Source of the DNA: Thermodesulfobacteriota bacterium
GTDB taxonomy: Bacteria; Desulfobacterota_D; UBA1144; Nemesobacterales; Nemesobacteraceae
DNA length: 64,000 nt
Assembly (NCBI GenBank): GCA_965221875.1
Contig: OZ244920.1
Coordinates: 361,164 to 425,163 of the forward strand
Direction of reading: 5' to 3'
Shown here: one piece after another, positions 1 through 10,573 of the stretch
How positions within the stretch are numbered: position 1 is the first letter of the stretch
How the letters are laid out: the number at the start of each line of letters is the position of its first letter
Notes under the pieces: generated by a model
What the model saw: only the letters and a program-made list of their open reading frames with translations
Told to the model about the DNA's origin: nothing
The model's database searches: none
Translations under genes and position numbers: made by a program

Positions 1-57
1 TAAGAAAGTGCGGTCGGTGGGATAGCCGGGGTAAAAAAACTCTGGAGGGAAGCACTT

Positions 58-597
58 TTGAAGAAAGCCGCCGCTGTTATAGTTTCTGCAATAATTCTTC
101 TCGCTTGGGGAGCAGTGTCATGGATGGTTCTTCCATGGCACCAGATGGTAGCTAATCAATTTACCAACGAATCCGAAGTTGCCGAAACCATAGGGGCAAA
201 TGCCCCGAAACCGGGCATTTACTACCTGCCGTTCTCGCATGAGGATCATAAGGCGGGAAAAACTGCCGCCTTCGTAAGCACCCTCCCTCAGGGCTACCCT
301 CCCTCTATGAAAAAGCAGCTTCTAATCCAGTTCGCCGGCGATCTCATAAGCGTTCTGATCGTTATCTATCTGCTCTCACAGACAGCCGGTCTAGGTTACT
401 GGGGACGGGTAGGGTTTGTTGCCTTGATGGGAGCGGCTATAGGTTTTATAAGCCATTTTCCTTACTGGAACTGGTTTGGTTTTCCGATTCCCTACGTAGC
501 GGTCATTGTTATTGACAGTTTTATTGCCTGGTTTCTGGCAGGGTTAATGATAGCAAGGCTGGTCGCAAGAAACACGAAAAAGGTGACACCAACATAG
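58..597 (+). CDS. hypothetical membrane protein
   Basis: 179-aa ORF with an N-terminal hydrophobic segment and several predicted TM helices; I recognise no family. Confidence 0.4.
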   Translation: MKKAAAVIVSAIILLAWGAVSWMVLPWHQMVANQFTNESEVAETIGANAPKPGIYYLPFSHEDHKAGKTAAFVSTLPQGYPPSMKKQLLIQFAGDLISVLIVIYLLSQTAGLGYWGRVGFVALMGAAIGFISHFPYWNWFGFPIPYVAVIVIDSFIAWFLAGLMIARLVARNTKKVTPT

Positions 598-644
598 GTA
601 TTATCGCTTAACCCGCGGAGACGTCCTCATCGAACCCCAAATCC

Positions 645-2252
645 TCAATGCTTGCCGGATCCGGGGTGGTCTACAAACTCGACTCTGCTGAAGTAAAGGA
701 AATTCAGGCGGTCAGGTTCAAGCCCCTTTACGTACGGTTTGATCATGTTCTGCTGAACCGAGTTAAGATAGGGAACTATCGGAACGCCGGTTTCCGTAAG
801 AATTCTCTGGGCACTGTTGTAAAGGTATGTTCTTTGCCTGCGGTCCAGAATCCCGGCTGCCTTCTCCACTAATCGATCGTACTCTGGGTCGCACCACCCG
901 GTACGGTTATTCCCGCTTCCGCACTCAAAGAGATTCATGAAATTGTGAGGGTCAGGGAAATCCGCCTGCCATCCGGCTCTGAATACGGGCGGAGGATTCG
1001 TTCTGAGCGTGCTGAGATAGACGGTCCATTCCTGATTCACAAGCTTGACTTCAATGCCAAGATGCTCCTTCCACATGCTCTGGAACGCCTCGGCTAAAAT
1101 TCTGTTGTTTCCCGTGTCCGGATAAAGAAAAGCAGTCTTCGGAAAGCCCTCCCCGCCCGGATAGCCGGCCATCTCAAGAAATTTCCTTGCTTTCTTCGCA
1201 TCGAACGAAAGACCGATCCGGGGATTGTGGGCAAGCATGTCGATCGGTATCCATGAAGTTACGGGCACTCCAGCCCCTTGGAGAAGTCCCTTGAGGCTTT
1301 CCCTGTCTATAGAGCTTGCGAAAGCCTTTCTCACCAGATGATTGTCAAACGGAGCTTTCCTAGCGTTAAACCCTATGTAGTTGTTCCTGAAAACCACGCT
1401 CTGCCTAAAATCCGGAAGCTTCATAACCCTTGGAACTTCAAGCAGTGGAATCCCCTTGCTGTCGAGAAAATCGAGCTCTCCGCTTTCATAAAGAGCGAGA
1501 GTGGATACGGGATTCTCGTTCATTATCATCTTTACCTTCTTAGCGCTTTTGGGTTTCTCTCCCCAGTAGCCCCCGTACTCCTCGATAAGAACTTCCTTAT
1601 GATGCTTCCATTCTTTTAATCTGTAAGGTCCCAGAGTTACCATGTTCGCGGCTTCAGTCCACCTGGTTCCGTATTTCTCAACAACATCTTTTCTCATCGG
1701 AAAAGTGGACATGAAAGTGACTAGGCTCAGAAAATAGGCCCTCGGCTTTTCAAGAGTAACAATAAGAGTATGTTCATCCGGGGCTTTTATCCCGACTTTG
1801 TTAAAATCCTTTATTTCCCCCGAGTTAAACTTCCTGGCGTTTTTTATGTCAAAAAGAAAGTAGGCATAACTTCCGGCGGTTTCGGGCCTAAGAATTCTTT
1901 TCCACGAATAAAGGAAATCGCCGGCTCGAAGTGGAACCCCGTCTGTCCAGAGAACTTTTTCCCGTATCTTAAAGGTATAGGTTCTTCCATCCTCGCTCAC
2001 CCGCCAGCTTCGCGCGAGAGCGGGTACGGGCTCGTACTTTTCATCAAACGCCGCGAGACCGTCCATTATGTTCTCTATGATCGTAAAAGACGTGACGTCT
2101 GTAGCGAGAGACCAGTCAAGCGTGGGCGGCTCGGTACCGATATTTATGTTAAGAGTATCCTTGCGGGAAATATCTACGGAGTCCGGTGCCCTGTTTCCGG
2201 AACCGCAGGAGATAAAAAGCAGGGAGAAGAAAACGCAGAAAAAGACTCTCAA
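645..2252 (-). CDS. ABC transporter substrate-binding lipoprotein, family 5 (peptide/nickel type)
   Basis: 535 aa; signal peptide with lipobox (LFISCGSG); overall resemblance to OppA/DppA-type SBPs. Confidence 0.75.
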   Translation of the reverse strand: MRVFFCVFFSLLFISCGSGNRAPDSVDISRKDTLNINIGTEPPTLDWSLATDVTSFTIIENIMDGLAAFDEKYEPVPALARSWRVSEDGRTYTFKIREKVLWTDGVPLRAGDFLYSWKRILRPETAGSYAYFLFDIKNARKFNSGEIKDFNKVGIKAPDEHTLIVTLEKPRAYFLSLVTFMSTFPMRKDVVEKYGTRWTEAANMVTLGPYRLKEWKHHKEVLIEEYGGYWGEKPKSAKKVKMIMNENPVSTLALYESGELDFLDSKGIPLLEVPRVMKLPDFRQSVVFRNNYIGFNARKAPFDNHLVRKAFASSIDRESLKGLLQGAGVPVTSWIPIDMLAHNPRIGLSFDAKKARKFLEMAGYPGGEGFPKTAFLYPDTGNNRILAEAFQSMWKEHLGIEVKLVNQEWTVYLSTLRTNPPPVFRAGWQADFPDPHNFMNLFECGSGNNRTGWCDPEYDRLVEKAAGILDRRQRTYLYNSAQRILTETGVPIVPYLNSVQQNMIKPYVKGLEPDRLNFLYFSRVEFVDHPGSGKH

Positions 2253-2259
2253 TTGAAAA

Positions 2260-3429
2260 TTACTGGCCTAAAACCTTGAACTCGCCGTCTCGCTCTATTC
2301 CTACAACCGGTTCGTAAACGGCATCTCCGTTAAGATCAAAATAGAAATCGCTTCCGTAAATGCTGTTCTCAAGCCTCACGTTCTCCATTGCGTCGCGAAT
2401 CGCCTCCCGGTCGGTTGAGCCCGCGTCGGCTATGGCCTGGGCAAGAATTCTGACAGCTTCGTAGGACCGCGCGGTAATGGAACTGGCCTCTTCATCCGTT
2501 TTCTTTTTGTACTCGCCACGAAACCTGCGATTCTCCGGCGTATCAATGGCGGAAAGCCAGACCGTAAAGGTAAGCGCACCTTTCCCCGCCCCCGCAACTT
2601 CTTTCTGCGCGTCTTTGAGTTCCTCCGTCGTGAGAAGAATTCCTATAAGGGGAGCTTCCAGTCCGTCAACCCCTTCGGCTTGAACCAGGATGTCCACGCG
2701 CTCTCTCCCCTGAGCCGACATGAAGATATAATCCGGTTCCTCGGCCGCTATCGCAGTCAACTTGCCAGTCAGGTCAGGCACCTCTCCGCTTGAATTCACC
2801 GTATAAGTCTGCTCGCTGACAATCGAGATGCTCGGGTGCTTTTCAATCTCCCGCTTCACCGCATCTCTAGCACTCACTGAAAAAGTGTCGTCCGAGTTTG
2901 TTATCGTAGCCACTTTAGTATAGCCAAGCTCCCGTATGGATTCTCCGATCCCGTGAGGAACCAGTCGCTCCACAGTAAGAGATGAACGGAAAAGAAACCT
3001 GCTTCGTTCGCTGAGTCCCATAGCGGCCGAGGTCGGGCTTAAGGAGACGGTCTCGTTTTTATCAATGATATCAATAATGTCTTCGGTCCTGCTTGAACTG
3101 AAGGGGCCAAGCACAGCTACCACTTCGTCCTGTTCAATAAGCTTTGTGTACGCTTCCCGCGCAGACTGCCTATTATTTCTGGAATCCTCAAAAATGAATC
3201 TGATTTTCCGGTCGCCAAGAAGTGGAGATTCGTGAATTTCCCCAAGGGCAAACTCCATGCTTTTTCTCATGGACTCACCTATCAGTTCCTGCGCGCCCGA
3301 AAGGGGAATAACAACCCCTACCGGAATCTCCTCGTCGCTATCCTCGCCGCAGGAAACAAGACCGAGGACCACAGTCGCGGCCACCACGGTAAAAAACAAA
3401 AGCACAGTTATTTTTTTCAACGGGCGCAT
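2260..3429 (-). CDS. ABC transporter substrate-binding lipoprotein, branched-chain amino acid (LivK-like) family
   Basis: 389 aa; lipobox LVSCGED; periplasmic binding protein type I fold signature (VIPLSG...LGP). Confidence 0.7.
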   Translation of the reverse strand: MRPLKKITVLLFFTVVAATVVLGLVSCGEDSDEEIPVGVVIPLSGAQELIGESMRKSMEFALGEIHESPLLGDRKIRFIFEDSRNNRQSAREAYTKLIEQDEVVAVLGPFSSSRTEDIIDIIDKNETVSLSPTSAAMGLSERSRFLFRSSLTVERLVPHGIGESIRELGYTKVATITNSDDTFSVSARDAVKREIEKHPSISIVSEQTYTVNSSGEVPDLTGKLTAIAAEEPDYIFMSAQGRERVDILVQAEGVDGLEAPLIGILLTTEELKDAQKEVAGAGKGALTFTVWLSAIDTPENRRFRGEYKKKTDEEASSITARSYEAVRILAQAIADAGSTDREAIRDAMENVRLENSIYGSDFYFDLNGDAVYEPVVGIERDGEFKVLGQ

Positions 3430-3452
3430 TAAAATAAACTCCTTTCTGATGA

Positions 3453-3944
3453 TTATTCACTATCGGATAGGGCAACCAGAACGGAGTCCTTCTCGACCGT
3501 TTCCCCTTCCTTAACCCTTATTTCCTTTACGGTGCCCGAAGCGGAAGCTTTAAGTTCGCTTTCCATCTTCATGGCTTCAACCACTATGACGCTGTCTCCC
3601 ACCTCGACGCTGTCTCCCTGCTTCTTAAGAATCTTCACTACTCTGCTGTGCATCGGCGCCGTTATGTTAAGACTTCCCGCGCCTTCTGCCTGAGAAGCGT
3701 CCCTTCCGGAGACGGCCTCTACCTCATAGAGGTCACCCTCGTGGAAAACCTGTATTTTCTTTCCTTCCCTGAATACCCCTACGGTGATGCTCCGGTTGCC
3801 AACCAGAATCGAATAGGTGCTTTCGTCTATGCGCAGAAATTCTATTTCCTTCTGCTCATCGTCTATACTGAAAAGGCTCAGTTCTTCCTTCTCTTCGAAA
3901 CCTATCTTGTAGGTTTTATTTCCCAGTTTGAAAGTATAGGTCAT
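3453..3944 (-). CDS. biotin carboxyl carrier protein (biotinyl-domain protein)
   Basis: C-terminal EAMKME biotinyl-lysine motif; start overlaps the stop of the upstream biotin carboxylase. Confidence 0.7.
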   Translation of the reverse strand: MTYTFKLGNKTYKIGFEEKEELSLFSIDDEQKEIEFLRIDESTYSILVGNRSITVGVFREGKKIQVFHEGDLYEVEAVSGRDASQAEGAGSLNITAPMHSRVVKILKKQGDSVEVGDSVIVVEAMKMESELKASASGTVKEIRVKEGETVEKDSVLVALSDSE

Positions 3945-5437
3945 AACAGCGGATTCCCGGATACGCCGACCCTTCTGGCAAAAAGCTTCCAGCCTGAAGA
4001 AGCAGCGGCTTTCCCCTGCACAATTTGGTTTGAGCCGCCGTTCATGGCGACGGCGGCAGCCATGAGTATAACTTCAGGATCGGATTCCTCGGGCACCAAG
4101 GTTTCCGGATGTCTTTCTATAAAACCCGTGTCAATCTGCGCCTTGCGGAACTCCGGGTCCCGCATCATCCTGATCAAAAAACCAAGGTTGGTTCTCACTC
4201 CCAGAACCACGTATTCCCTCAAGGCGGAAAGCATCCTGTTTACCGCATCCTCCCGGGAATTTCCCCAGACGACAAGCTTTGAAAGCATCGGGTCGTAAAA
4301 AGACGTTATCTCACAGCCGCTGTAAACGGAAGAATCATCCCTCACTCCCGGACCGCTGGGAGCGCGCACGTAGCGAAGGGTTCCCGGTGAGGGAAGAAAA
4401 TTGGTGGCGGGATCCTCAGCGTAAACCCTGCATTCAAGAGCATGACCCTGCATTTTTACGGCAGACTGCTTGAAAGGCAGTTTTTCTCCCGAAGCTATCC
4501 TTATCATCCATTTCACTATATCAATTCCTGTGATCATTTCCGTGACCGGATGCTCTACCTGCACCCTAGTGTTCATCTCCAGAAAATAAAAATTCTCCTC
4601 CTGATCCATTATGAACTCGACCGTGCCGGCCCCGTAATAGTCAACCGCTTTTGCTATGCGAAGTGCGACTTCGCACATGTTTTTTCTTGTCTTCTGGCTT
4701 ATGAATCCCGAGGGAGCTTCCTCTATCACCTTTTGGTGGCGTCTCTGTATTGAGCATTCGCGCTCGAACAGGTGCAGCAGGTTCCCGTGCTTGTCTCCGA
4801 GAACCTGTACCTCGACATGTCTTGGTTTCTGAATGAATTTTTCTATGAATACGGAATCGTCTCCAAAAGAGGAAAATGCCTCGCTTCTGGCCATACGAAG
4901 GGACGATTCGAATTCTTCCTTGGAATTAACGAGTCTCATTCCCTTTCCGCCCCCGCCCGCAGAAGCCTTTATCATCACCGGGTAGCCGATTTTCTTCGCC
5001 ACCCTAGAGGCTTCAACATCTGATACTGCCCCCTCAGATCCGGGAACAAGGGGTAAATTCGCTTCTCTGGCTATCTTCCTCGCGGTTACTTTATCTCCCA
5101 TAAGCCTTATCGCTTCCGCAGAAGGTCCTATGAAAACCACACCCTCTTTCTCGCACAGTTCGGCAAAGGAATCGTTTTCGGAAAGAAATCCAAACCCCGG
5201 GTGTATGGCTTCGGCCTCGGATTTCTTAGCAGCCGCGATTATTTTTTCCCCGACTAGGTAGCTCTCAGAAGGCTTCGACGGCCCTATATGGTAGGCTTCG
5301 TCCGCGAGCATGACATGAAGAGCGTCCCTGTCAGCATCCGAATAAACCGCCACGGTGGCGATCCCAAGCTCCCGACAAGCCCTGATAATTCTTACCGCTA
5401 TCTCTCCCCTGTTTGCTATCAGTATTTTTTTGAACAT
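3941..5437 (-). CDS. accC: biotin carboxylase subunit of acyl-CoA carboxylase
   Basis: N-terminus MFKKILIANRGEIAVRIIRACRELGI and ATP-grasp motifs typical of biotin carboxylase. Confidence 0.9.
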   Translation of the reverse strand: MFKKILIANRGEIAVRIIRACRELGIATVAVYSDADRDALHVMLADEAYHIGPSKPSESYLVGEKIIAAAKKSEAEAIHPGFGFLSENDSFAELCEKEGVVFIGPSAEAIRLMGDKVTARKIAREANLPLVPGSEGAVSDVEASRVAKKIGYPVMIKASAGGGGKGMRLVNSKEEFESSLRMARSEAFSSFGDDSVFIEKFIQKPRHVEVQVLGDKHGNLLHLFERECSIQRRHQKVIEEAPSGFISQKTRKNMCEVALRIAKAVDYYGAGTVEFIMDQEENFYFLEMNTRVQVEHPVTEMITGIDIVKWMIRIASGEKLPFKQSAVKMQGHALECRVYAEDPATNFLPSPGTLRYVRAPSGPGVRDDSSVYSGCEITSFYDPMLSKLVVWGNSREDAVNRMLSALREYVVLGVRTNLGFLIRMMRDPEFRKAQIDTGFIERHPETLVPEESDPEVILMAAAVAMNGGSNQIVQGKAAASSGWKLFARRVGVSGNPLL

Positions 5438-5453
5438 TTTCTCACCTAGTCGC

Positions 5454-6998
5454 TCAGAGGGGAATGTTTCCGTGCTTTTTCGGCGGAAGAGTCTGTCTTT
5501 TTCCGTTCAGCATCCCAAGCGCCGCTATCACTCTCGGTCTAGTGTCCTCGGGTTTTATTACCTCGTCTATGTAACCCAAGCTCGCAGCACGGTAAGGATT
5601 CGCAAAATTTTTCTTGTACTCCTCAATGAGCCTGATTCTCTCTGTGTCCGGATCGTCCGCAGCGGCTATTTCCCCTCGGGAAATTATGTTCACGGCCCCA
5701 TCAGGTCCCATCACCGCAATCTCCGCCGTGGGATAGGCAAGGTTCACGTCTCCCCTTATATGTTTTGAGGACATAACGTCGTAAGCACCTCCATAGGCTT
5801 TTCTGGTTATCACGGTAATTCTCGGAACTGTTGCCTCACAGTAGGCGTAAAGAAGTTTTGCACCGTGCCTTATGATTCCTCCCCACTCCTGCGAGGTTCC
5901 CGGGAGAAAACCCGGTACATCAACAAATGTAAGAAGAGGTATATTGAAAGCGTCGCAGAACCTTACAAATCTGGCAGCTTTAACCGAAGCATCTATGTCA
6001 AGACATCCCGCAAGTACCTTGGGCTGGTTTCCAACCACGCCGACCGGCTGCCCGTTCATTCTCGCAAACCCTATCACTATGTTCTTTGCATAGTGTTCCT
6101 GCACCTCGAAGAAATACGAATGATCAACTATGGGACGAACCACATCCAGTATGTCATAAGGCTTGTTGGGGTTATCGGGAATAAGACCGCGAAGGCTCGT
6201 CTCTTTTCTGTCCGCGGGGTCATCGCAGGGAATCACCGGCGGATCCTCCATGTTGTTTGAGGGGAGAAAACCGAGGAGTTCCTTTATTATATCTATTGAG
6301 TCGTCGTCATCCTCCGAGGCGAAATGTGCGACGCCACTTACGGAATTGTGAACCATGGCGCCGCCGAGTTCTTCTGAGGACACCTCTTCATGGGTAACGG
6401 TCTTGATCACGTCGGGACCCGTAACGAACATGTAGCTTGTGTTTTTCGACATGATCGTGAAATCGTTCATTACCGGGGAGTATACCGCTCCCCCGGCGCA
6501 CGGACCCATGATCGCGGATATTTGAGGTATGACTCCCGAGGAAATCACATTTCGAAGAAATATCTCTCCGTACGCTCCGAGGCTCTTTACCCCTTCCTGA
6601 ATTCTCGCCCCGCCGGAATCGTTAAGCCCAATGATCGGCGCCCCGGTTGAAAGCGCCAAATCCATTATCTTGCATATCTTCTTTCCCTGTTCAAGACCCA
6701 GAGAACCGCCGAAAACCGTAAAGTCCTGAGCGTAGACAAACACTTGGCGTCCCTCAATCTTTCCGTAGCCCGTAACCACGCCGTCGCCGAGGATTCTCCT
6801 CTTCTCCATTCCGAAATCCGTGCAACCGTGCAGGACAAACTTGTCAAGCTCGACGAAAGTATCCCTGTCAAGAAGTTCGACTATTCGTTCGCGGGCCGTG
6901 TGCTTACCGGAATCATGCTGTCTTTTGATTCTGGCTTCGCCACCGCCTAGGTTCGCCTCTTTTTCCTTATCTTCAAGAATTCTGATTTTTTCTTTCAT
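5454..6998 (-). CDS. acyl-CoA (propionyl/methylmalonyl-type) carboxylase carboxyltransferase subunit
   Basis: 514 aa; PccB/12S-type carboxyltransferase N-terminus ([19 protein letters not shown]) and two CoA-carboxylase domains; first gene of a three-gene operon. Confidence 0.85.
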   Translation of the reverse strand: MKEKIRILEDKEKEANLGGGEARIKRQHDSGKHTARERIVELLDRDTFVELDKFVLHGCTDFGMEKRRILGDGVVTGYGKIEGRQVFVYAQDFTVFGGSLGLEQGKKICKIMDLALSTGAPIIGLNDSGGARIQEGVKSLGAYGEIFLRNVISSGVIPQISAIMGPCAGGAVYSPVMNDFTIMSKNTSYMFVTGPDVIKTVTHEEVSSEELGGAMVHNSVSGVAHFASEDDDDSIDIIKELLGFLPSNNMEDPPVIPCDDPADRKETSLRGLIPDNPNKPYDILDVVRPIVDHSYFFEVQEHYAKNIVIGFARMNGQPVGVVGNQPKVLAGCLDIDASVKAARFVRFCDAFNIPLLTFVDVPGFLPGTSQEWGGIIRHGAKLLYAYCEATVPRITVITRKAYGGAYDVMSSKHIRGDVNLAYPTAEIAVMGPDGAVNIISRGEIAAADDPDTERIRLIEEYKKNFANPYRAASLGYIDEVIKPEDTRPRVIAALGMLNGKRQTLPPKKHGNIPL

Positions 6999-7066
6999 CG
7001 GATGTACTCCAGACCCACTTACAGTTAAAAACGGATCAGTGAATCATAACACGCAGAGGCGCTGTT

Positions 7067-7675
7067 TCAAGGTTCTGAGACGCAAAGAGCCTTGAACAGA
7101 GCATGGACCCGGACGCGCAGACTCTCCACGTCAGAAGAATTTTTTATCAGAAAATCGGCCTGAGAAGCCTTTTCAGCTTCGGACATCTGGGAGTCCATGC
7201 GGCGGCGGATTTCCCCAGACGACATGCCGTCACGGGCCGCCACTCTGCGTTCCCTCAGTTCATCGGGACATGTAACTACCACCAGACCGTCAATCAAGTC
7301 ATCAAGACCACCGCTTCCGCGATCTATAAGCGACGCCTCAACAAACACAATCGGTTTACCTTCACCGCTTCGGGCGGATATTTTCTCCTTTATCCGCTCA
7401 AGAATCCTCGGATGGGTTATCCCGTTAAGACGCTTGCGGTCCCGCTCGTCTGCAAACACTATTTCGGCAAGGGTGCCGCGGTCAAGCGTCCCGTCCGTGC
7501 GGAGAACCTCCCGGCCGAAACAGTTGACGATTTCCGAAAGCGCGGGCTCCCCCGGCCGTACGATTTCTCTCGCCACCTCGTCGGCATCCACGGTGAATGC
7601 CCCTAGCTCACGCAGCATTCCCGCCACAGTCGATTTTCCCGAACCTATATTTCCTGTAAGTCCGTATATTTTCAT
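7067..7675 (-). CDS. coaE: dephospho-CoA kinase
   Basis: MKIYGLTGNIGSGKST P-loop; about 200 aa, typical CoaE. Confidence 0.85.
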   Translation of the reverse strand: MKIYGLTGNIGSGKSTVAGMLRELGAFTVDADEVAREIVRPGEPALSEIVNCFGREVLRTDGTLDRGTLAEIVFADERDRKRLNGITHPRILERIKEKISARSGEGKPIVFVEASLIDRGSGGLDDLIDGLVVVTCPDELRERRVAARDGMSSGEIRRRMDSQMSEAEKASQADFLIKNSSDVESLRVRVHALFKALCVSEP

Positions 7676-7677
7676 TT

Positions 7678-9099
7678 TCAGACAAGTTTGGAACTTATAA
7701 AGTCAATTGCCCTTGCAAGGCGTAGCGCCACGGTGTCTTTGCCCAGTATCTCAACAACATCAAAGATTCCGGGACTCTTCGTAGACCCGGTAAGCGCAAC
7801 CCTGGTGGGCTGAGCTATTTTCCCGAGCCCAAGGCCAGTTCGCTGCATCACGCGCTCGAAACCTTCGTGAATATTATCATGGGAAAAATCCTCTATATGG
7901 GAAAGTTCCTCGGCCAGAAGCATGAAAATCTCGCCGTTTCGCTCCACTAGAAACTTCTCCGCCGCCTTTTCGTCGTACTCAAAATCGTCGGTGAAAAAAT
8001 AAAGGGAATGATCCACTATTGCGTTAAGAGTCTCTGAGCGCTCGCGCATCTGTGCGACTATTTTACAAAGCTGTTCGGAAGGCGGCTGGGGAAGTCCCTT
8101 TTGCATAATAAGAGGAACTACTTTCTCTGATATGTTCTCCTCGGTGAGGTCTCTTAAGTATTTTCCGTTAAGCCAGAGGAATTTCTGAGGGTCAAACACC
8201 GAGGGAGATTTTCCGACGCCTTTCAGGCTGAATTTTTCAACAAGCTCCTGCGTTGTAAAGATTTCCTGATCCCCAAAAGACCAACCCAGCCTAACCAGAT
8301 AATTAAGCACCGCTTCCGGAAGATATCCGCGCAGTCGGTACTCCGTAACGGATTCCGCGCCGTGGCGCTTTGAGAGTTTTTTTCCATCCGCGCCGAGTAT
8401 CATAGGAACATGTGCGAGCTCTGGCTTTGAGAAACCGAGCGCCTCGGCTATCAGTATCTGCCTCGGGGCGTTTATTATGTGGTCATCACCCCTTATGACG
8501 TGAGATATATCCATCTGCGCGTCATCAACCGCCGCGGCGAAGTTGTAGGTCGGAAATCCGTCGGCTTTCAGTATGACAAAGTCTTCTATTTCAGAAGAGT
8601 CAAAAACTATCCCGCCACGGATTAGGTCCTCGACAGAAATCTTTTCTCCAGGGGGCACGGAAAGCCTCACGGCGTAAGGTTTTCCAGGAGCCGCGCCGAG
8701 CTGCGACCACTCTCTTCTGTATCTGAATACCTCTCCTTTCTCCCTGGCCTTCTCCCTTCTCCGCCCAAGCTCCTCGGCAGTAACGTAGCATCTGTACGCC
8801 TTGTCCTCGTCAATGAGCCGCTCGGCAAGTCGACCGTAATCGGCAACCCGCTCTGATTGTCGGACGATTTCTCCCTGCCACTCAAGCCCGAGCCACTTAA
8901 GCGATTCGATAATCTGCAGCTCGAATTGCTCCTCGGAGCGCGCGCGGTCGGTATCCTCGATTCTGAGCAGGAAATCTCCACCGAGACTCGCGGAAAAAAG
9001 CCAGTTGAAAATGGCGGTGCGGGCCGCCCCCACATGAAGAGCGCCGGTGGGGCTGGGAGCGAATCTTGTTACGATTTTCACGGATACTATTTTACACAC
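7678..9099 (-). CDS. gltX: glutamate--tRNA ligase
   Basis: HIGH-type motif (FAPSPTGALHVGAART) and KLSKR motif; the true start is probably slightly internal to the ORF. Confidence 0.9.
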   Translation of the reverse strand: MCKIVSVKIVTRFAPSPTGALHVGAARTAIFNWLFSASLGGDFLLRIEDTDRARSEEQFELQIIESLKWLGLEWQGEIVRQSERVADYGRLAERLIDEDKAYRCYVTAEELGRRREKAREKGEVFRYRREWSQLGAAPGKPYAVRLSVPPGEKISVEDLIRGGIVFDSSEIEDFVILKADGFPTYNFAAAVDDAQMDISHVIRGDDHIINAPRQILIAEALGFSKPELAHVPMILGADGKKLSKRHGAESVTEYRLRGYLPEAVLNYLVRLGWSFGDQEIFTTQELVEKFSLKGVGKSPSVFDPQKFLWLNGKYLRDLTEENISEKVVPLIMQKGLPQPPSEQLCKIVAQMRERSETLNAIVDHSLYFFTDDFEYDEKAAEKFLVERNGEIFMLLAEELSHIEDFSHDNIHEGFERVMQRTGLGLGKIAQPTRVALTGSTKSPGIFDVVEILGKDTVALRLARAIDFISSKLV

Positions 9100-9170
9100 C
9101 GAAGGGACAAAAAAAGAAATGTCACCGAAGGACTTGGGGATCCTTCCCCGTGGATTGTATAATAATTACT

Positions 9171-10121
9171 ATGAGAATATGTTCGCTTCTTCCCAGCTCA
9201 ACCGAGATAGTCTTTGCTCTCGGACTTGAGGAGGATCTAGTCGCAGTAACCCACGAATGCGATTATCCGCCCCAAGCACGCAGCAAACCCGTGGTCGTAA
9301 ACAGTATCCTCAAAGGAAAGGCGAAGCTCTCAAGCGCGCACATAGACGAATTTGTAAGCCGAAGCCGTTCCGAAGGGAAAAGCGTCTACCTGATCGACTC
9401 GGAGCGCCTTATGGAGATAAAACCGGATCTTATCATAACCCAAGGACTTTGCGACGTCTGCGCCGTATCCGAAAACGAGGTAACGGAGGTCTGCGAGATC
9501 CTTGAGAACAGGCCCGAAATACTGTCTCTCGAGCCCTCCACCGTCAGCGAGATAATGGATTCCGTGCTGCTTCTGGGAGAAGTCACGGGGACCAAGCAAA
9601 GGGCTTCGCAACTCGTAGATAGTCTTCGCAAAAGAATCGAGAGCGTCGAGAAAAAGCTCTCGGGAGAAAGATACCGGCCAGGGGTTTTCTGCCTTGAGTG
9701 GCTCGACCCTCCTTACGCCGCCGGGCACTGGGTGCCGGAAATGGTAAAGATCGCGGGAGGAGAACCGCTAATCTCAAGGGCGGGAAGACCTTCGTTTAAA
9801 ACAACCTGGGATGAGATACTCGAGTCGTCGCCTGACTACCTGATCCTGATGCCTTGCGGGTTCGATATAGAGAAAACGCTTGACGGGATAGAGGATGTGA
9901 CAAGCGAGGTAAGGCAATGGCATGCGTTGCGTGCGGTAAAAAAAGGTCACTGCTACATAGTAGACGCCAATTCCTATTTCAGTAGATCGTCACCCCGGAT
10001 AGTTGACGGAATCGAACTGCTGGCAGGAATAATCCACTCCGACCTATTCACGCAACGACCGAAGGCTAACTCAGTTCTAAACGTGAAAAATCATTTCTAC
10101 TTGCAGACTTTTCTCGGTTAA
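9171..10121 (+). CDS. periplasmic binding protein, BtuF/FhuD-like (cobalamin or Fe-siderophore ABC type)
   Basis: Start chosen at the internal MRICSLLPSS (signal-like); PBP class III features; the ORF-track start at 9066 is probably too far upstream. Confidence 0.55.
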   Translation: MRICSLLPSSTEIVFALGLEEDLVAVTHECDYPPQARSKPVVVNSILKGKAKLSSAHIDEFVSRSRSEGKSVYLIDSERLMEIKPDLIITQGLCDVCAVSENEVTEVCEILENRPEILSLEPSTVSEIMDSVLLLGEVTGTKQRASQLVDSLRKRIESVEKKLSGERYRPGVFCLEWLDPPYAAGHWVPEMVKIAGGEPLISRAGRPSFKTTWDEILESSPDYLILMPCGFDIEKTLDGIEDVTSEVRQWHALRAVKKGHCYIVDANSYFSRSSPRIVDGIELLAGIIHSDLFTQRPKANSVLNVKNHFYLQTFLG

Positions 10122-10573
10122 GACTTCGGAGCCTGGAAAGGTTCCGCTTCATCTGAGGCAGAATCGGAATCTGGAGGAGCTTCAGTACTTGCAGACGCTA
10201 CCGCAGACCGAGAAGGGTCTACATCTCCGCTTCCATTTGACATAAAAACATCCCTATGATTAAAAATATTGAACTTCTGGGGAGTGTAACCCACGCACAT
10301 ATATTCACGTAAGAATCGAAGACCAATTCGGCTCTAGACGTGAAAAATCATTTCCACCTGCAGGCTTTTCTCGGTTATTGCGGGGCCTGAAAGGGATCCA
10401 CTTCTCCTGAGGGAGCTGCAGGAGCTGCAGCACTCGCCTCCTGAGGCGCCGCCTGGGCGGACTGAAAAGGATCCGCATCGCTCTGGGGCTCCTGGGGTTC
10501 AGGTGGAGCGGGCGGTTCGGCAGCCTGTTGCTCCCCTCCTCCTTCGTTTAACATAAGGACTATCCCTATGATA
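10060..10573. repeat. tandem duplication of about 257 bp, two diverged copies (roughly 75% identical)
   Basis: 10060-10160 aligns with 10317-10415 (cgaag...acgtgaaaaatcatttc(t/c)ac...ttttctcggtta...) and the similarity continues through the small-gene bodies. Confidence 0.6.
10118..10300 (-). CDS. small acidic protein, decayed paralog of the next gene (C-terminus ...EPFQAPKS)
   Basis: 60-aa ORF; shares the PFQAP C-terminal motif and the DNA duplication with 10375..10740. Confidence 0.3.
   Translation of the reverse strand: MCVGYTPQKFNIFNHRDVFMSNGSGDVDPSRSAVASASTEAPPDSDSASDEAEPFQAPKS

Noticed and set aside
9100-9170. Looked for a cobalamin riboswitch upstream of the BtuF-like binding-protein gene
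   Set aside because: The spacer is too short and lacks the B12-box consensus.
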